Source: Hypanus sabinus (Eukaryota). Taken from it: 64,000 bases of DNA. Positions 1-12,789 of the stretch are shown piece after piece. Every line of letters starts with the position of its first letter. Within the stretch, counting starts at the first letter, position 1. Position numbers and translations under genes: made by a program. Under the pieces are notes generated by a model. That model worked only from the letters and a program-made list of their open reading frames with translations. It was not told where the DNA came from and searched no databases. The DNA is taken from the NCBI RefSeq assembly GCF_030144855.1, contig NC_082712.1, positions 11,346,001-11,410,000 of the forward strand, in the 5' to 3' direction.

Positions 1-79
1 AGTCTTGGAATTGAGGGCACTGAATGAGAAATGTCTGTGAGATTGGACAGAGTGGATTTGGTCTGTGGAAACATCGGAG

Positions 80-2090
80 AGACTCGGTTTGGTCTGAGGA
101 GAGATCGGACAGACTGGATTTGGTCTGAGGGGAGATCGGACAGACTGGGTTTGGTCTGAGGGGAGATCGGACAGACTGGGTTTGGTCTAGGAGAGATCAG
201 ACAGTCTGGGTTTGGTCTGAGAGGAGATCGGACAGACTGGGTTTGGTCTGAGAGGAGATCGTACAGACTGGGTTTTGTCTGATGGTGATCGGACAGTCTG
301 GGTTTGGACTGAGGGGAGATCATACAGACTGGGTTTTGTCTGATGGAGATCGGACAGACTGGGTTTGGTCTGAGGGGAGATCGGACAGACTGGGTTTGGT
401 CTGAGGAGAGATCTGACAGATTGGGTTTGGTCTGAGGGGAGATCGGTCAGACTGTATTTGGTCTGAGGGGAAATCAGTCAGACTGGGTTTGGTCTGAGGG
501 GAGATCGGACAGACTGGGTTTTGTCTGATGGTGATGGGACAGACTGGGTTCGGTCTGAGGGAAGATTGGACAGACTGGGTTTTGTCTGAGGGAGATTGGA
601 CAGACTGGGTTTGGTCTGAGGGGAGATCAGACAGACTGGGTTTTGTCTGATGGTGATCGGACAGACTGGGTTTGGTCTGAGGGAAGATTGGATAGACTGG
701 GTTTGGTCTGAGAGGATATCGGACAGACTGGGTTTGGTCTGAGAGGAGATCGTACAGACTGGGTTTTGTCTGATGGAGATCGGACAGACTGGGTTTGGTC
801 TGAGAGGAGATCGTACAGACTGGGTTTGGTCTGAGGGAGATGGGACAGACTGGGTTTTGTCTGATGGTGATGGGACAGACTGGGTTCGGTCTGAGGGAAG
901 ATTGGAGGGACTGGGCTTTGTCTGAGGGAGATCGTACAGACTGGGTTTTGTCTGATGGAGATCGGACAGACTGGGTTTGGTCTGAGGGGAGATAGTACAG
1001 ACTGGGTTTGGTCTGAGGGGAGATTGGAGGGACTGGGCTTTGTCTGAGGGAGATCGGACAGACTGGGTTTTGTCTGATGGTGATCGGACAGACTGGGTTC
1101 GGTCTGAGGGAAGATTGGACAGACTGGGTTTTGTCTGAGGGAGATTGGACAGACTGGGTTTGGTCTGAGGGAAGATTGGAGGGACTGGGCTTTGTCTGAG
1201 GGAGATCGGACAGACTGGGTTTTGTCTGATGGTGATCGGACAGACTGGGTTCGGTCTGAGGGAAGATTGGACAGACTGGGTTTTGTCTGAGGGAGATTGG
1301 ACAGACTGGGTTTGGTCTGAGGGGAGATCGGTCAGACTGTATTTGGTCTGAGGGGAGATCAGTCAGTGTGTTTGGTCTGAGGGGAGATCGGACAGACTGG
1401 GTTTGTTCTGAGGGGAGATCGGACAGACTGGGTTTGGTCTGAGGGGAGATGGGACAGACTGGGTTTAGTCTGAGGAGAGATCGGACAGACTGGGTTTGAT
1501 CTGAGGGGAGATCGGACAGACCGGGTTTGATCTGAGGGTGATCGGGCAGACTGGATTTGGTCTGAAGGAAGATTGGATAGACTGGGTTTGGTTTGAGAGG
1601 AGATCGGACAGACTGGGTTTTGTCTGATGGTGATGGGACAGACTGGGTTCGGTCTGCGTGAAGATTGGACAGACTGGGTTTTGTCTGAGGGAGATTGGAC
1701 AGACTGGGTTTGGTCTGAGGGGAGATCGGATAGACTGGGTGTTGTCTGAGGGAAGATCGGATAGACTGGGTTTGGTCCGAGGGGAGATCGGACAGACTGG
1801 GTTTGGTCTGAGGGGAGATCGTACAGACTGGGTTTGGTCTGAGGGAGATCGGACAGACTGGGTTTGGTCTGAGGGAGATTGGACAGACTGGGTTTGGCCT
1901 GAGGGGAGATTGTACAGAGTGGGTTTTGTCTGAGGGAGATTGGACAGACTGGGTTTGGTCTGGGGGAGATCGGACAGACTGGGTTTGGTCTGAGGGTGAT
2001 CGGACAGACTGGGTTTGGTCTGAGGGGAGATTGGACAGACTGGGTTTGGTCTGAGGGTGATCGGACAGACTGGGTTTGGTCTGAGGGAAG
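80..2090. repeat. ~31-bp G-rich minisatellite array 1 (consensus GAGGGGAGATCGGACAGACTGGGTTTGGTCT; 30-32 bp variants, roughly 60-65 units)
   Basis: Unit read directly and repeated continuously. The C-rich strand of the unit has no stop codon, which explains the long minus-strand PQTKPSLSDL/PSDQTQSVRS/PLRPNPVCPIS ORFs. Confidence 0.97.
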
Positions 2091-2299
2091 ATAATGATAA
2101 TGCCCAATTAGTTTCACAGCTGAAAAGACTGAACTTGCCTTTTGGGGACGTGGTAAATGAGGAAGTATCTGAATGTATCTTGTTTTTCATTGTGGTAGGA
2201 AAAACAACACAGAACTATCAGTGACTTGTGCAAGATAAGATTACAGATTGGCTTTACCTGTTGGACATTCATCGAAATAAACAGTTTCTTGTGTCACAG

Positions 2300-2775
2300 A
2301 CAGAGATGTACCACATCGAGCCGAGATGCACCCAGACATGGTGCTGTTTATGGTGTTTGATAACTCTGGTCTTGTACTCACTGGAGTTTAGAAGAATGCT
2401 GGGGGTGCAGGGGATCTCATTGAAACCTCTGCAATACTGTGAAACCTGGAGGGAGTGAACATGGAGAGGATATTTCCGATTGTGGGGAAGTCTTGAAATT
2501 GAGGGCACAGCCTCAGAATAGAAGGACGGCAATTTAGAACAGAGATGAGGAGGAATCTCTTTAGCCAGGGAGTGGTAAATCTGTGGAATTCATTTCCACA
2601 GGCAGCTGTGGAGACCAAATCATTGGGCATATTTAAAGCAGAGCTTGTTAGGTTCCTGATTAGTCAGGGAGTTAAAGGTTGTGGGGAGAAGGGAGGAGAA
2701 AGGGGTTGAGATGGAAAATAATTCAGATTTGATGGAATAGTGGAGCAGACTTGATGGGCTGAATGGCTTAATTCT
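2300..2775 (+). mobile_element. Degenerate CR1 LINE 3' fragment
   Basis: Typical CR1 ORF2 C-terminal and 3' UTR sequence (ggagtttagaagaatg...gtggtaaatctgtggaattc...aatggcttaattctgctcctat). Confidence 0.8.
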
Positions 2776-3431
2776 GCTCCTATGCCTAATGGTGATGTAA
2801 AAAGTTCATTCTTGTAAATTGTTTGTATAATAAATTAAAAACACACATTTCTGTGGTCACCCAGCAGTGGATTTGCTGAGAGGATGTGGAGAAGATGCAA
2901 GAGCCCGTGTTACAGTTCATTCCCAGCAGCTGTGTAACAGTGGACTGACTCTCTGATGTATGGGTGTACCCCGGCAGACTACAAGTCTGCTGGAAGATCA
3001 TCAACTCAGTGACGGACATACTTTGTGTCAGGGAATGTCGAGGAGGCTTATCCTGAAAGCAGAGCAGCGGAGACGATTCATCTGTGAGCAATAAGTTTAA
3101 TAATAGACTGTAAATTAACAAGCCACGTGGGGTCCACAAAACAAGAGAAGTAGAAACTCAACACAACAAGCAACAAGGTAAACATTAGGCAGGGAGAGTG
3201 AGGCAGAGGGTGCGGTCTATGGTGTTTGATAACTCTGGTATTGTACTCGCTGTAGTTTATAAGACTGCTGGGGGCTGCAGGGATCTCATTGAAACCTATG
3301 CAATACTGTGTGGCCTAGAGGAATGGACCACAGGATGTTTCTGGTTGTGCAAAGTCTTGGAATTGAGGGCACTGAATGAGAAATGTCTGTGAGATTGGAC
3401 AGAGTGGATTTGGTCTGTGGAAACATCGGAG

Positions 3432-4315
3432 AGACTCGGTTTGGTCTGAGGAGAGATCGGACAGACTGGATTTGGTCTGAGGGGAGATCGTACAGACTGG
3501 GTTTTGTCTGATGGAGATCGGACAGACTGGGTTTGGTCTGAGGGGAGATCGTACAGACTGGGTTTTGTCTGAGGGAAGATTGGATAGACTGGGTTTGGAC
3601 TGAGAGGATATTGGACAGACTGGGTTTGGTCTGAGAGGAGATCGTACAAACTGGGTTTTGTCTGATGGTGATCAGACAGACTGGGTTTGGTCTGAGGGAA
3701 GATTGGACAGACTGGGTTACGTCTGAGGGAGATTGGACAGACTGGGTTTGTTCTGAGGGGAGATCGGACAGACTGGGTTTGGACTGAGGGGAGATCGTAC
3801 AGACTGGGTTTTGTCTGATGGTGATTGGACAGACTGGGTTTGGTCTGAGGGGAGATCGGACAGACTGGGTTTGGTCTGAGGAGAGATCTGACAGATTGGG
3901 TTTGGTCTGAGGGGAGATCGGTCAGACTGTATTTGGTCTGAGGGGAAATCAGTCAGACTGGGTTTGGTCTGAGGGGAGATCGGACAGACTGGGTTTGTTC
4001 TGAGGGGAGATCGGACAGACTGGGTTTGGTCTGAGGGGAGATCGGTCAGACTGGGTTTGGTCTGATGGAGTTTGGACAGACTGGGTTTGGTCTGAGGAGA
4101 GATCGTACAGACTGGGTTTTGTCTGAGGGAAGATTGGATAGACTGGGTTTGGTCTGAGAGGATATCGGACAGACTGGGTTTGGTCTGAGAGGAGATCGTA
4201 CAGACTGGGTTTTGTCTGATGGTGATCGGACAGACTGGGTTCGGTCTGAGGGAAGATTGGACAGACTGGGTTTTGTCTGAGGGAGATTGGACAGACTGGG
4301 TTTGGACTGAGGGAA
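3432..4315. repeat. ~31-bp minisatellite array 2 (same unit, roughly 28-30 copies)
   Basis: Same unit as array 1, with identical flanks. Confidence 0.96.
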
Positions 4316-4879
4316 GATAATGATAATGCCCAATTCATTTCCACTGGCAGTTGTGGAGGCCAAATCATTGGGAATATTTAAAGCAGAGCTTGATATGTTC
4401 CTGATTAGTCAGGGAGTTTAAGGTTGTGGGGGGAAGCGATGAGAATGGGGTTGAGATGGAAAATAAATCAGAGATGATGGAATGGTGGAGCAGACTTGAT
4501 GGGCTGAATGGCTTTATTCTGCTCCTATGTAAAATGTTTATTCTTGTAAATTGTGCAATAAATTTTTAGAATCACATTTCTGAGGTCACCCAGCTGTGGA
4601 TTTGCTGCGAGGATGTGGAGAAGATGCAGGAGCCCGTGTTACAGTTCATTCCCAGCAGCTGTGTAACAGTGGATTGACTCTCTGATGTACGGGTGTACCC
4701 CGGCAGACTACAAGTCTACTGGAAGATCATCAACTCAGTGACGGACGTACTTTGTGTCAGGGAATGTCGAGGAGGCTTATCCCAAAATCAGAGCAGTGAG
4801 ACGGTTCGGCCGTGAGCAATAACTTTAATAATAGACTGTTATATAAAAAGCCATGGGGGGGCGGGGGCACAAAACAAGG

Positions 4880-6913
4880 TGTCATGGTCCAGTCCATGAA
4901 GTCCGCATTCCGGGTCATGGTCTGGTCCGTGGACTCCAGACTCCAGGTCTTCCCACATTCCCTTGTCTCATTTGGGCTTAATTGTAGACACCTTATTCTC
5001 GTCTTGGGGCGGGGAATATAAATGGCCCTGGGTTTGAGGGTCTTTGTGGTTTGTCTTGACAGTGTTCTGTCCTTTCCTATGTGTGGGTTTGTCTTGTCAG
5101 TATCCTGTCCTTGTCTCTGTGGGGGTTGTCTTGTCAGTATCCTGTCCTTTCCTATGTGTGGGTTTGTTTTGTTGGTATCTTGTCCTTGTCTCTGTGGGGG
5201 TTGTCTTGTCAGTATCCTGTCCTTTCCTATGTGTGGATTTGCCTTGTTGGTATCTTGTCTTTGCTGCTGTGGGTTAAGTCAGTCTGTCCTTGCTGTTACC
5301 CGATGGTGGGATCTGTCCCTCCTGGTCCATGCCTCTGTTGGGTAAGTCAGGTTGTCATTGCCTTTACCCTGATGCTGGACTGTTCCCTTCCTTCCCTCCT
5401 AAGTCCTGCCCTGTAACCTGTCAGGGGTCCCACCCTGCAACCTATGTCTGGGGTCCTGCCTTGTCTCGCCTCTGCCTGGAGCCTCACCCTGTTTGGAACT
5501 GTCTGTCTGTGTCCACGCCTTTGCTAGGTAGGTCTGGCTGTTTTGCTGCTACCTAGTGTTGGGAACTGTCTCCTTGAGTTCATTGTTCTGTGTAATGAGT
5601 CCCGACCCTACGTCCTGTACCCAAGGAGGGGTCCCGGCTTGGAGTTCCATGTTCCTGTCTTTCCCTCCACCCAGGCTCTGTGTTCTGCGATCCTGTTCTC
5701 CCTCAACCAAGTCTCTGTGTTCTCGTCTTATCGATGTGCCTCACCCAGCCCAGGAGTACCTTGCTCAGCCCGGTGCTGGGGTTCCCTTGTCCTGTCCTGG
5801 AGTCTCACGTCCAGTCCTGTACCTCTCCTCGTCCTGTAACCTTGTCTTGTCCTCACCTGGTTCTGGAGTCTGAGCCCCAGTCAAGACCCAGGTTCTGGGT
5901 CCTTGTCCAGTCTCTGGCTCGGAATCCAAGCCCAGGCTCCCAGTTCCCAATTCTATGTGCTGGTTCCGCTATCTTTGTCAAGTCCTAGCCCAGGCCTAGA
6001 ATCCTTGTCTCATCCGGGGCCTGTTTCATGTCCAGTGTCCTTTCTTCCTCAATTCCCTTGCTTCCTTCTCACGCCTAGTCCTGTTCCTGGTAGTTCAGTG
6101 TCTGCCTTGCTTTTGGGTCCACTCCCAATACATGGACCAGCCATACATGGACCCAGCAATGCAGACACTGTCGTCTAACTCTCGTCATCCTCAGTTCCCT
6201 CCTGATTGAATACACCACCACCCACCCCCATCCGCCCAGGTCGTCCTTAATCCTGGACTGTCTGTTAGGTTGCCCGGAGACTCCCATAGAGGAGGGGGTT
6301 ACTGTCATGGTCCGGTCCATGAAGTTCACGGTCCGGCTCATGGTCTGGCCCGTGGAATCCAGACTCTGGGTCTCATTTGAGCTTAATCGTAAGCACCTGA
6401 TTCTCTTCTTGGGGCTGGGAATTTTAGTGGCCCTGGGTTCGAGGGTGGTTGCAGGTTCGTGTCCTTGTCTCTCTGGGGTTTGTCTCGTCAATGTCCTGTC
6501 CTTGCCTCTGTGTGGGTTCGTCTCATTGGTATCCTGCCCTTTCCTCCGTGGGGTAAGTCAGGCCGTCATTGCCGTTACCCTGAGACTGGACTGTTCCCAT
6601 CCTTCCCTCCTAAGTCTTGCCCTGCAACCTGTGTCTGGGACCTCGCCTCACCCTGTTTGGAACTGTCTGTCCATGTCCATGCCTTCGCTAGGTAGGTCTG
6701 GCCATTTTGCCGCTACCTAGCGTTGGGAACTGTCTCGTCGTGTTCAGCTTTCTGTGTAAAGAGTCCCGGCCCAACGTCCTGTATCCAAGGAGGGCTCCCA
6801 GCTCTGGGTTCTTCCTCATTTCTCCTGCTTCCTTCTCACTAACAGTCCTGTTCCTGGTAGTTCAGTGTCTGTGCCTTGCTTTTGGGTCCACTCCCAACGC
6901 CCCCCATATGACA
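4880..6913 (+). mobile_element. Internally deleted Gypsy (Sushi-like) LTR element: LTR1 ~4880-6130, short internal remnant, LTR2 6303-6913
   Basis: Both repeats start TGTCATGGTCC and LTR2 ends TGACA. Polypurine tract AGAGGAGGGGG lies just before LTR2. ATGGACCCAGCA (MDPA, gag-start-like) follows LTR1. Imperfect TSD aagg/aaga(g). An empty site is present in the paralogous block at ~3140. Confidence 0.8.
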
Positions 6914-6984
6914 AAGAGAAATAGAAACTGATCACAACAGGCAACAAGAGAAACTTTAGGCAGGGAGAGTGAGTGCTGTGAGCA

Positions 6985-7158
6985 ACTATCTGAGGTCAGC
7001 TCGTTCGATGAGGAACAAGGTGTGTGGATGAGAGCTGGGTTTAAATAGGCTGCCGGTGATGAGTTTGGAATAATTAGCAAGTGAATCCTATTGGCTGGGT
7101 GGAGATGCGAGGTGCCTGAATGTCCAGGCTGGGGTTGTCAATGTGAGTGAGCCTGACA
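6985..7158 (-). mobile_element. Probable LTR fragment
   Basis: The minus strand starts TGTCA and carries CCAAT and TATTTAAA motifs in LTR-like order. Confidence 0.35.
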
Positions 7159-8039
7159 CTTCGATCTGGCCAAAACTTTTTGGTCACCCAGGGCAGCGAG
7201 ATGTCCAGTACCTTTATTGGAGGACTGAGTCTGGTGCGAAGCCCCTTGAATAGCCTAGCGGTCACTCAAATGCCAGTGGTGGTATAACTAGTTAATGACC
7301 TGAATATGAAGATTTTGTAGTTTCCTTGTTTGTATATATTTTTAATATGTACGAGGGTTATTTTTGAAATATAAAAAAGTGTTGAAAACTTGCAAGATTT
7401 ATTTTATTTAAAGTTCAAAGTACATTTATTATCAAAGTTCATGTGCAGTAGTTAACCCTGAGATCTGTCTTCCCACAGACAGCCACGAAACAATGAAACA
7501 CCGTGGAACCCATTCAAAGAAAAAGCTCAAACACCCAAGTCTCCAGTACCATCCTCTGGCAGCAGGGAGGGAGAGGGATGGAGGGAGAGGGAGGAGAGAG
7601 AGAACATCGTCCCAGTGCAGAGGCCTTCGCCAGCTGCACCTCCTGTCTCAATGTTTCAATCTTTTGCAATGCTTCAGTTGGTGACACTGCCAAGGAACCC
7701 AGTCCATAGGGGCTGCACAAGGCCGCACCCCAAAGATACACGTCGTCCAGGCCACTCCTGGAGATATCCAAAATGGGCAGTCAGCAAGCTCTGGGAGCTG
7801 GAACCCACTGCCATGAAGAACTGCAGTTTGAGTGCATTTGTAAATCGGACTCCGACATGACCCCTGCACCATTGAAAAGGGAAAAAGGAGACATTAAAGA
7901 GAGGAATTTGATCTTTTTCATAGACAAGCTTGTAGAAGTCACTGTCTGGCATCATTTAAGTTCCTTTTTCTAGTTGTCATTATTGCAACCAATATTGTAA
8001 TGTGAACCTATGATCTCTGGTGTGACTAACTTCTGTAAT

Positions 8040-8450
8040 TCACAGGGAGAGTATGTGGACTGGTCGCATCATGACTTGGCATGGAAGCCCTAATGCCCAA
8101 GAGCAAAAAAATCCTACAAAATGAGGTGGGTACAGCCCTGTCTATCGTAGGAGATGCACCCTCTCACCATTGAACACATCTACAAGGAGCGCTGCCACAA
8201 AAAAGCAGCTTCCATCTTCAAGGACCCCCATCATCCAGGCCATGCTCACCTCACTGCTGCCATCAGGCAAGAGGTACAGGAGCCTCAGGACCCACACCAC
8301 CAGGTTCAGGGACAGTTATTCCCCTCAACCATCAGGCTCCTGAACCAGATTGGAATGCTTCACTCACCACAACACTGAACTGATTCGACAACCTACGGAC
8401 TCACTTTCAAGGATTCTGTAACTCATGTTCTCAGTATTACTTATCTCATT
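8040..8450 (+). mobile_element. L2/Rex1-type LINE 3' fragment
   Basis: Translates to KKAASIFKDPHHPGHA...RFRDSYFPSTIRLLN-like sequence (frameshifted), the typical L2/Rex1 ORF2 tail. Confidence 0.8.
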
Positions 8451-8534
8451 TTGTTGCCCAGTTTGTCTTCTTTTGCATATTGGTTGTATATCTGTTTGTG
8501 TGTCGGGGGCATATAATAGAGCAAAAACTAGAAA

Positions 8535-10590
8535 ATAAGACCATAAGACATAGGAATAGAATTAGGCCATTCTGCCCATCAAGTCTGCTCCATCATTCAA
8601 TCATGGTTGATTTTTTTCCCCTCCTCAGCACCACTACCCATCCTTCTCCAGGTAATCTTTGATTAAGATAATCAAGAACATATCAAGAACATATCAATCT
8701 CTGCCTTAAATACATCCAACAACCTGGTCACTACAGCTGCCTGTGGTAATAAATTCCACAAATTCAATACCTCTGGCTGAAGATATTTCTCCACGACTCT
8801 GTTTTAGATGGACACTCGTCTATCCTGAGGCTGTGTCCTCTTGTCCGAGACTCCTCCACCAAGGGAAACAGCCTTTCCACATCTGCTCTGTATAAGCCTT
8901 TCAACATTCGAAAGGTTTCAGTAAGATCCCCTTCATTCTTCTAAATTCCAACGGGTACAGGCCCAGAGTCATCAAATGTTCCTCATATGATAACTCTTTC
9001 ATTCCCGGAATCATCCCTGTGAACTGCCTCTGGACCCTCTCCAACGCTTGCACATCTTTTCTTAGATAGGGAGCCCAGAACTATTCACAATACTCAAGAC
9101 GAAGCCTCACCAGTGCCTTATAAAGCCTCAGCATCACATCCTTGCTCTTGTATTTTAGACCTCTTGAAATAAATCCTAACATTGTATTTTCCTTCCTCAC
9201 CACCGACTCTACCTGCAAGTTAATCTTTAGGATGTTCTGCACAACAACTTCCAAGTCCCTTTGCATCTCAGATTTTTGAATTTTCTCCCTGTTTAGAAAA
9301 TAGACCACACATTTGTTTCTTCTACCATGACCATGCATTTTCCACCATTGTATTTCATTTGCCTCTTTCTTGCCAATTCTCCTAATCTGTCTAAGTCCTT
9401 CTGCAGCCTACCTGCTTTCTCAACACTACCTGCCCCTCCACCAATCTTTGTATCATCTGCAAATTTGGCAACACACCAACAATTCCATCATCTAAATCAT
9501 TTATTTTGGATAGGAATAGGTAACATTTGATAGGTATATGGACAGGAAAGGAATAGAGGGGTATGGGCTGAGTGAGGGTCAGTGCGACTAAGTGAGAGTA
9601 AGCGTTCAGTACAGACTAGAAGGCCAAGGTGGCCTGTTTCCATGCTGTAATTGTTATATGGTTATATACAGCATAAAAACCAACACCTTCAGAACACCAC
9701 TAGTCATTGGCAGCCAAACAATAAAAACACTTTTATTTCCACTCACTGCCTCTTACCAATCAGCCAATGTTTTAACCATGCCAGTAACTTTTCTGTAATA
9801 CCATGGCTCTTAACTTGGTAAGCAGCCTCATGAGTGACACCTTGTCAAAGGCCTTCTGAAAATCTAAATATACAACATCTACTACATCCCCTTTATCCAT
9901 CCTACATCTAATCTCCTCAAAGAATTCCAACAGGTTTGTCAGGCAAGATTTTCCCTTAAGGAAACCATGCTGACTTTGTCCTAACTTGTCCCGTGTCACC
10001 AAGTACTCCATAAACTCATCCTTAACAATTGACTCCAAAATCTTCCCAACCACTGAGCTGACAATAAATTGTCTATTGTTTCCTTTCTGCTGACTCCCTC
10101 CTTTCTTAAAGAGTGGAGTGACATTTGCAATTTTACAGTCTTCCGGAACCATGCCAGAAATATCATTACAAATGCCTCTGCAATCTTTACCATTACCTTT
10201 CAGAACCCTTGAGTGCAGTTCATCTGGTCCATGTGACTTATGTATCTTTAGGTCTCTCAGCCTTTTGAGCATCTTCTCCCTTGTCATAGTAATTGCACTT
10301 GCTTCTCTTCCCTCAGACTGTCCAACACCTGGCTCACTGCTGGTGCCTTCCAAAATACTCATTTAGTTCACCTGCCATCTCCTTACTATCTCTCTGGCCT
10401 CATTTTCTAGTGGTCCTGTATCTACTCTCATCTCTCTTTTATGTTTTGTGTACTTGAAAACAGCTTTTTCTATCCACCTTGATATTGTTTACCATCTTGC
10501 TTTATATTTCATCTTTAACCCCGATGACTTTTTTTAGGTATTTAAAAGCTTCCCATCCTCTATCTTCCTGCTCATTTTTGCTTTGTTGTA
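8535..10590 (-). mobile_element. CR1 LINE ORF2 (RT) and 3' end, degenerate
   Basis: ORFs 9772-10362 (SQHGFLKGKSCLTNLLEFFEE, VYLDFQKAFDKV) and 9081-9338 (LYKALVRLRLEYC). Confidence 0.9.
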
Positions 10591-10789
10591 TAAGATAACA
10601 CTTAATTTATCCCAAAGGAAATTATTGTTGCAAGGTTGCTCAGTCAGAAATATAAACTTTAACATACAAAATGTAAGCATTGGGATATTAAAAAATACAA
10701 AATGTGCATTAAAAATTAACAGTGGAAAATACAGATGAACAATGAAACCATATACTAATATAGTTAAGGAGCTGGAGTTGTAGAGACTT

Positions 10790-11405
10790 AGAGCCAGAGA
10801 GAGAAAGGATCTCCTGTGGCGTTCAGTGGTGCACCTCGGTGGAATCAGTCTGTTACTAAAGGTGCTCCTCCCTTTGTCCAGTGTGTCATGGAGGGGTGAG
10901 AGGGATTGTCCATAATGCTCCGTAGCTTCTGCATAATCCTCCTCTCAGACAGCCACCAGGGGATCCAGTTCCACCCCCAGAATAGAACCAGCCTTCCTGG
11001 CAAGCTTATCGATCTCCTAAGCATCAGCTGCTCTCACCCTGCTGCCCCAGCGACCACAATGCAGAGTAGAATGCTGGCCACCACTGAGTTGTAGAAGATC
11101 TGCAGCAGAGTACTGTAGACGTTGAATGACTGGAGCCTCCTCAGGAAGTATAGTCGGCTCTGTCCCTTCTTGTACTGAGCTACTGTAGTTTTAGTCCAGT
11201 CCAGTTTATTGTCCAGGTGAGTTCCCAGGAATCTGTAGTCTTGGACAACCTCCACACCTGTTCCCCTGATGGAGATGGGAATGCAGGGTGCTTTCACCTT
11301 CCTGAACTCCACCACCAACTCCTTTGTCTTGGTGATGTTGAGCTGCAGGTGATCCAGCCCACACCACTCAACAAAGTTGTCCACCATTCCTCTGTACTCA
11401 GCCTC
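10790..11405 (-). mobile_element. L2/Rex1-type LINE RT C-terminal fragment
   Basis: ORF 11034-11387 WCGLDHLQLNITKTKELVVEFRK...KKGQSRLYFLRRL. Confidence 0.85.
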
Positions 11406-11409
11406 TTGC

Positions 11410-12760
11410 CCTCTCTTTTGCTTTTACATTAGCTTTGACTTCCCTTGTCAACCACAATTGTATTATTTTGCCATTTGAGATTTGCTTTGTTTTTGGAATG
11501 CATCTACCCTACACCTTCCTCATTTTTCCCAGAAACCCAAACCATTGTTGCTCTGCTGTCATCCCTGCCAGCATCTCCTTCAATTTACTTGGTTCTCATA
11601 TCACTGTAATTTCCTTTACTCCAGTGAAATACTCCTACATCAGACTCAACTTTCTCCCTATCAAATTTCAAGTTGAACTCTCAATCATATTGTGAACACT
11701 GGTTCCTCAGGGTTCTTTTACCTTAAGCTCCCTAATCACCTCCAGTTCATTACATAACGCTTTGAGTACTGTATTTGCTTTTCAGACAGGTGGGGCTCAT
11801 CAGCCTTGGACAGCAGCCTGCCGAGGAGAATGAAAACTCTGATTTTATGCCTTCGTTACTTGTGGCCGTACTCACCCATGGGAAAGGCTTTGGGAGTAAA
11901 CCCCGAGGAAGAAATCCGGAGCCGAGGTCCTTAATGCAGTTACAACTTCACTCTGGCAACCTCTGCAATGACACTGGTGCCAGGCTGTATCGGGTTTGCC
12001 CTTCCCTTGGACTCCATCAGTGACGTGGAGATGGGGAACCTGCTGCATGGGAAACAGCTGATTCTTCAAATCTTCCCACCCAGGCTTGCGCCCTGGAGAA
12101 GACACAGTCCACCAGAGGCACAAACCCATGATCCCCTGGGATTGACGGCTGCCTATTGTATTTGCTACCCTTTTTGATTCTGCACCACTAATGCACTGAC
12201 ACTCACCCTGATGGCTGCCTGCCCTTCCTGACAGTCTGACTGCATGCAATCTTTGCTTTTTTACCATCCATCCTATCCTGAGTCCCTGAACTCCAGTTCC
12301 CATTCCCCTGCCAAATTAGTTTAAACTCTCCCCAACAGCTCTAACAAACCTGCCTGTGAGAATATTGGTTTCCCTTGAGTTCAGGTGCAACACGTCACTT
12401 TTAAACAGTGTCATACCTCCCCACAGAAGATTTCCCAATAATCCAAAACCAAAGCCCTGCCCCCTGCACCAGCTTCTCAGCCACACATTGATCTACCAAA
12501 TCATCCCGTTTCTACCATCACTGCCGCATGGCACAGGCAGCAATCCAGAGATTACTACCCTGGAGGTCCCGCTTCTCAGCTTTCTACCGAGCTGTCTAAA
12601 TTCTCTCTTTGCTTTTCTTTCCAATGTCACTGGTACCAATATGTATCAAAATGTCTGGCTGCTGTCCCTCCCTCTACATAAAGCTGTGGACGCAATCCGT
12701 GATGCCCCTGACTCTGGCACCTGGGAGGCAACATAGCATCTGGGTGTCCTGTTCACATCC
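11410..12760 (-). mobile_element. CR1 ORF1 (SGNH esterase) and endonuclease fragments, interrupted at ~11790-12140 by another repeat (possibly an RTE 5' region)
   Basis: The minus strand resembles the CR1 copies at 32940 and 43300 (gtggtaatctctggattgctgcc...). The interrupting segment is unrelated sequence and its identity is a recollection-level inference. Confidence 0.65.
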
Positions 12761-12789
12761 ACAGAATCTTCTGTTTGTTCCTCTGAATA

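Larger units (their letters stand above)
3353..6990. repeat. Second copy of a local tandem segmental duplication (window position 1 corresponds to 3353)
   Basis: 1-130 matches 3353-3480. The junction gggaagataatgataatgcccaatt occurs at ~2087 and ~4312. 2590-3110 matches 4335-4840, and 3135-3200 matches 4865-4879 plus 6914-6975. Confidence 0.9.

Noticed and set aside
320-2190. 595-aa, 252-aa and 241-aa minus-strand Pro/Ser/Gln-rich ORFs (also 3296-3649 and 3949-4368)
   Set aside because: Artefact of a 31-bp repeat with no stop codon on that strand. All three frames give the same cyclic peptide.
80-4315. CRISPR-like regular repeats
   Set aside because: Units are directly adjacent with no unique spacers, no cas genes are present, and the context is eukaryotic
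5022-5416. Cys-rich hydrophobic ORFs
   Set aside because: They come from a 63-bp tandem repeat inside an LTR
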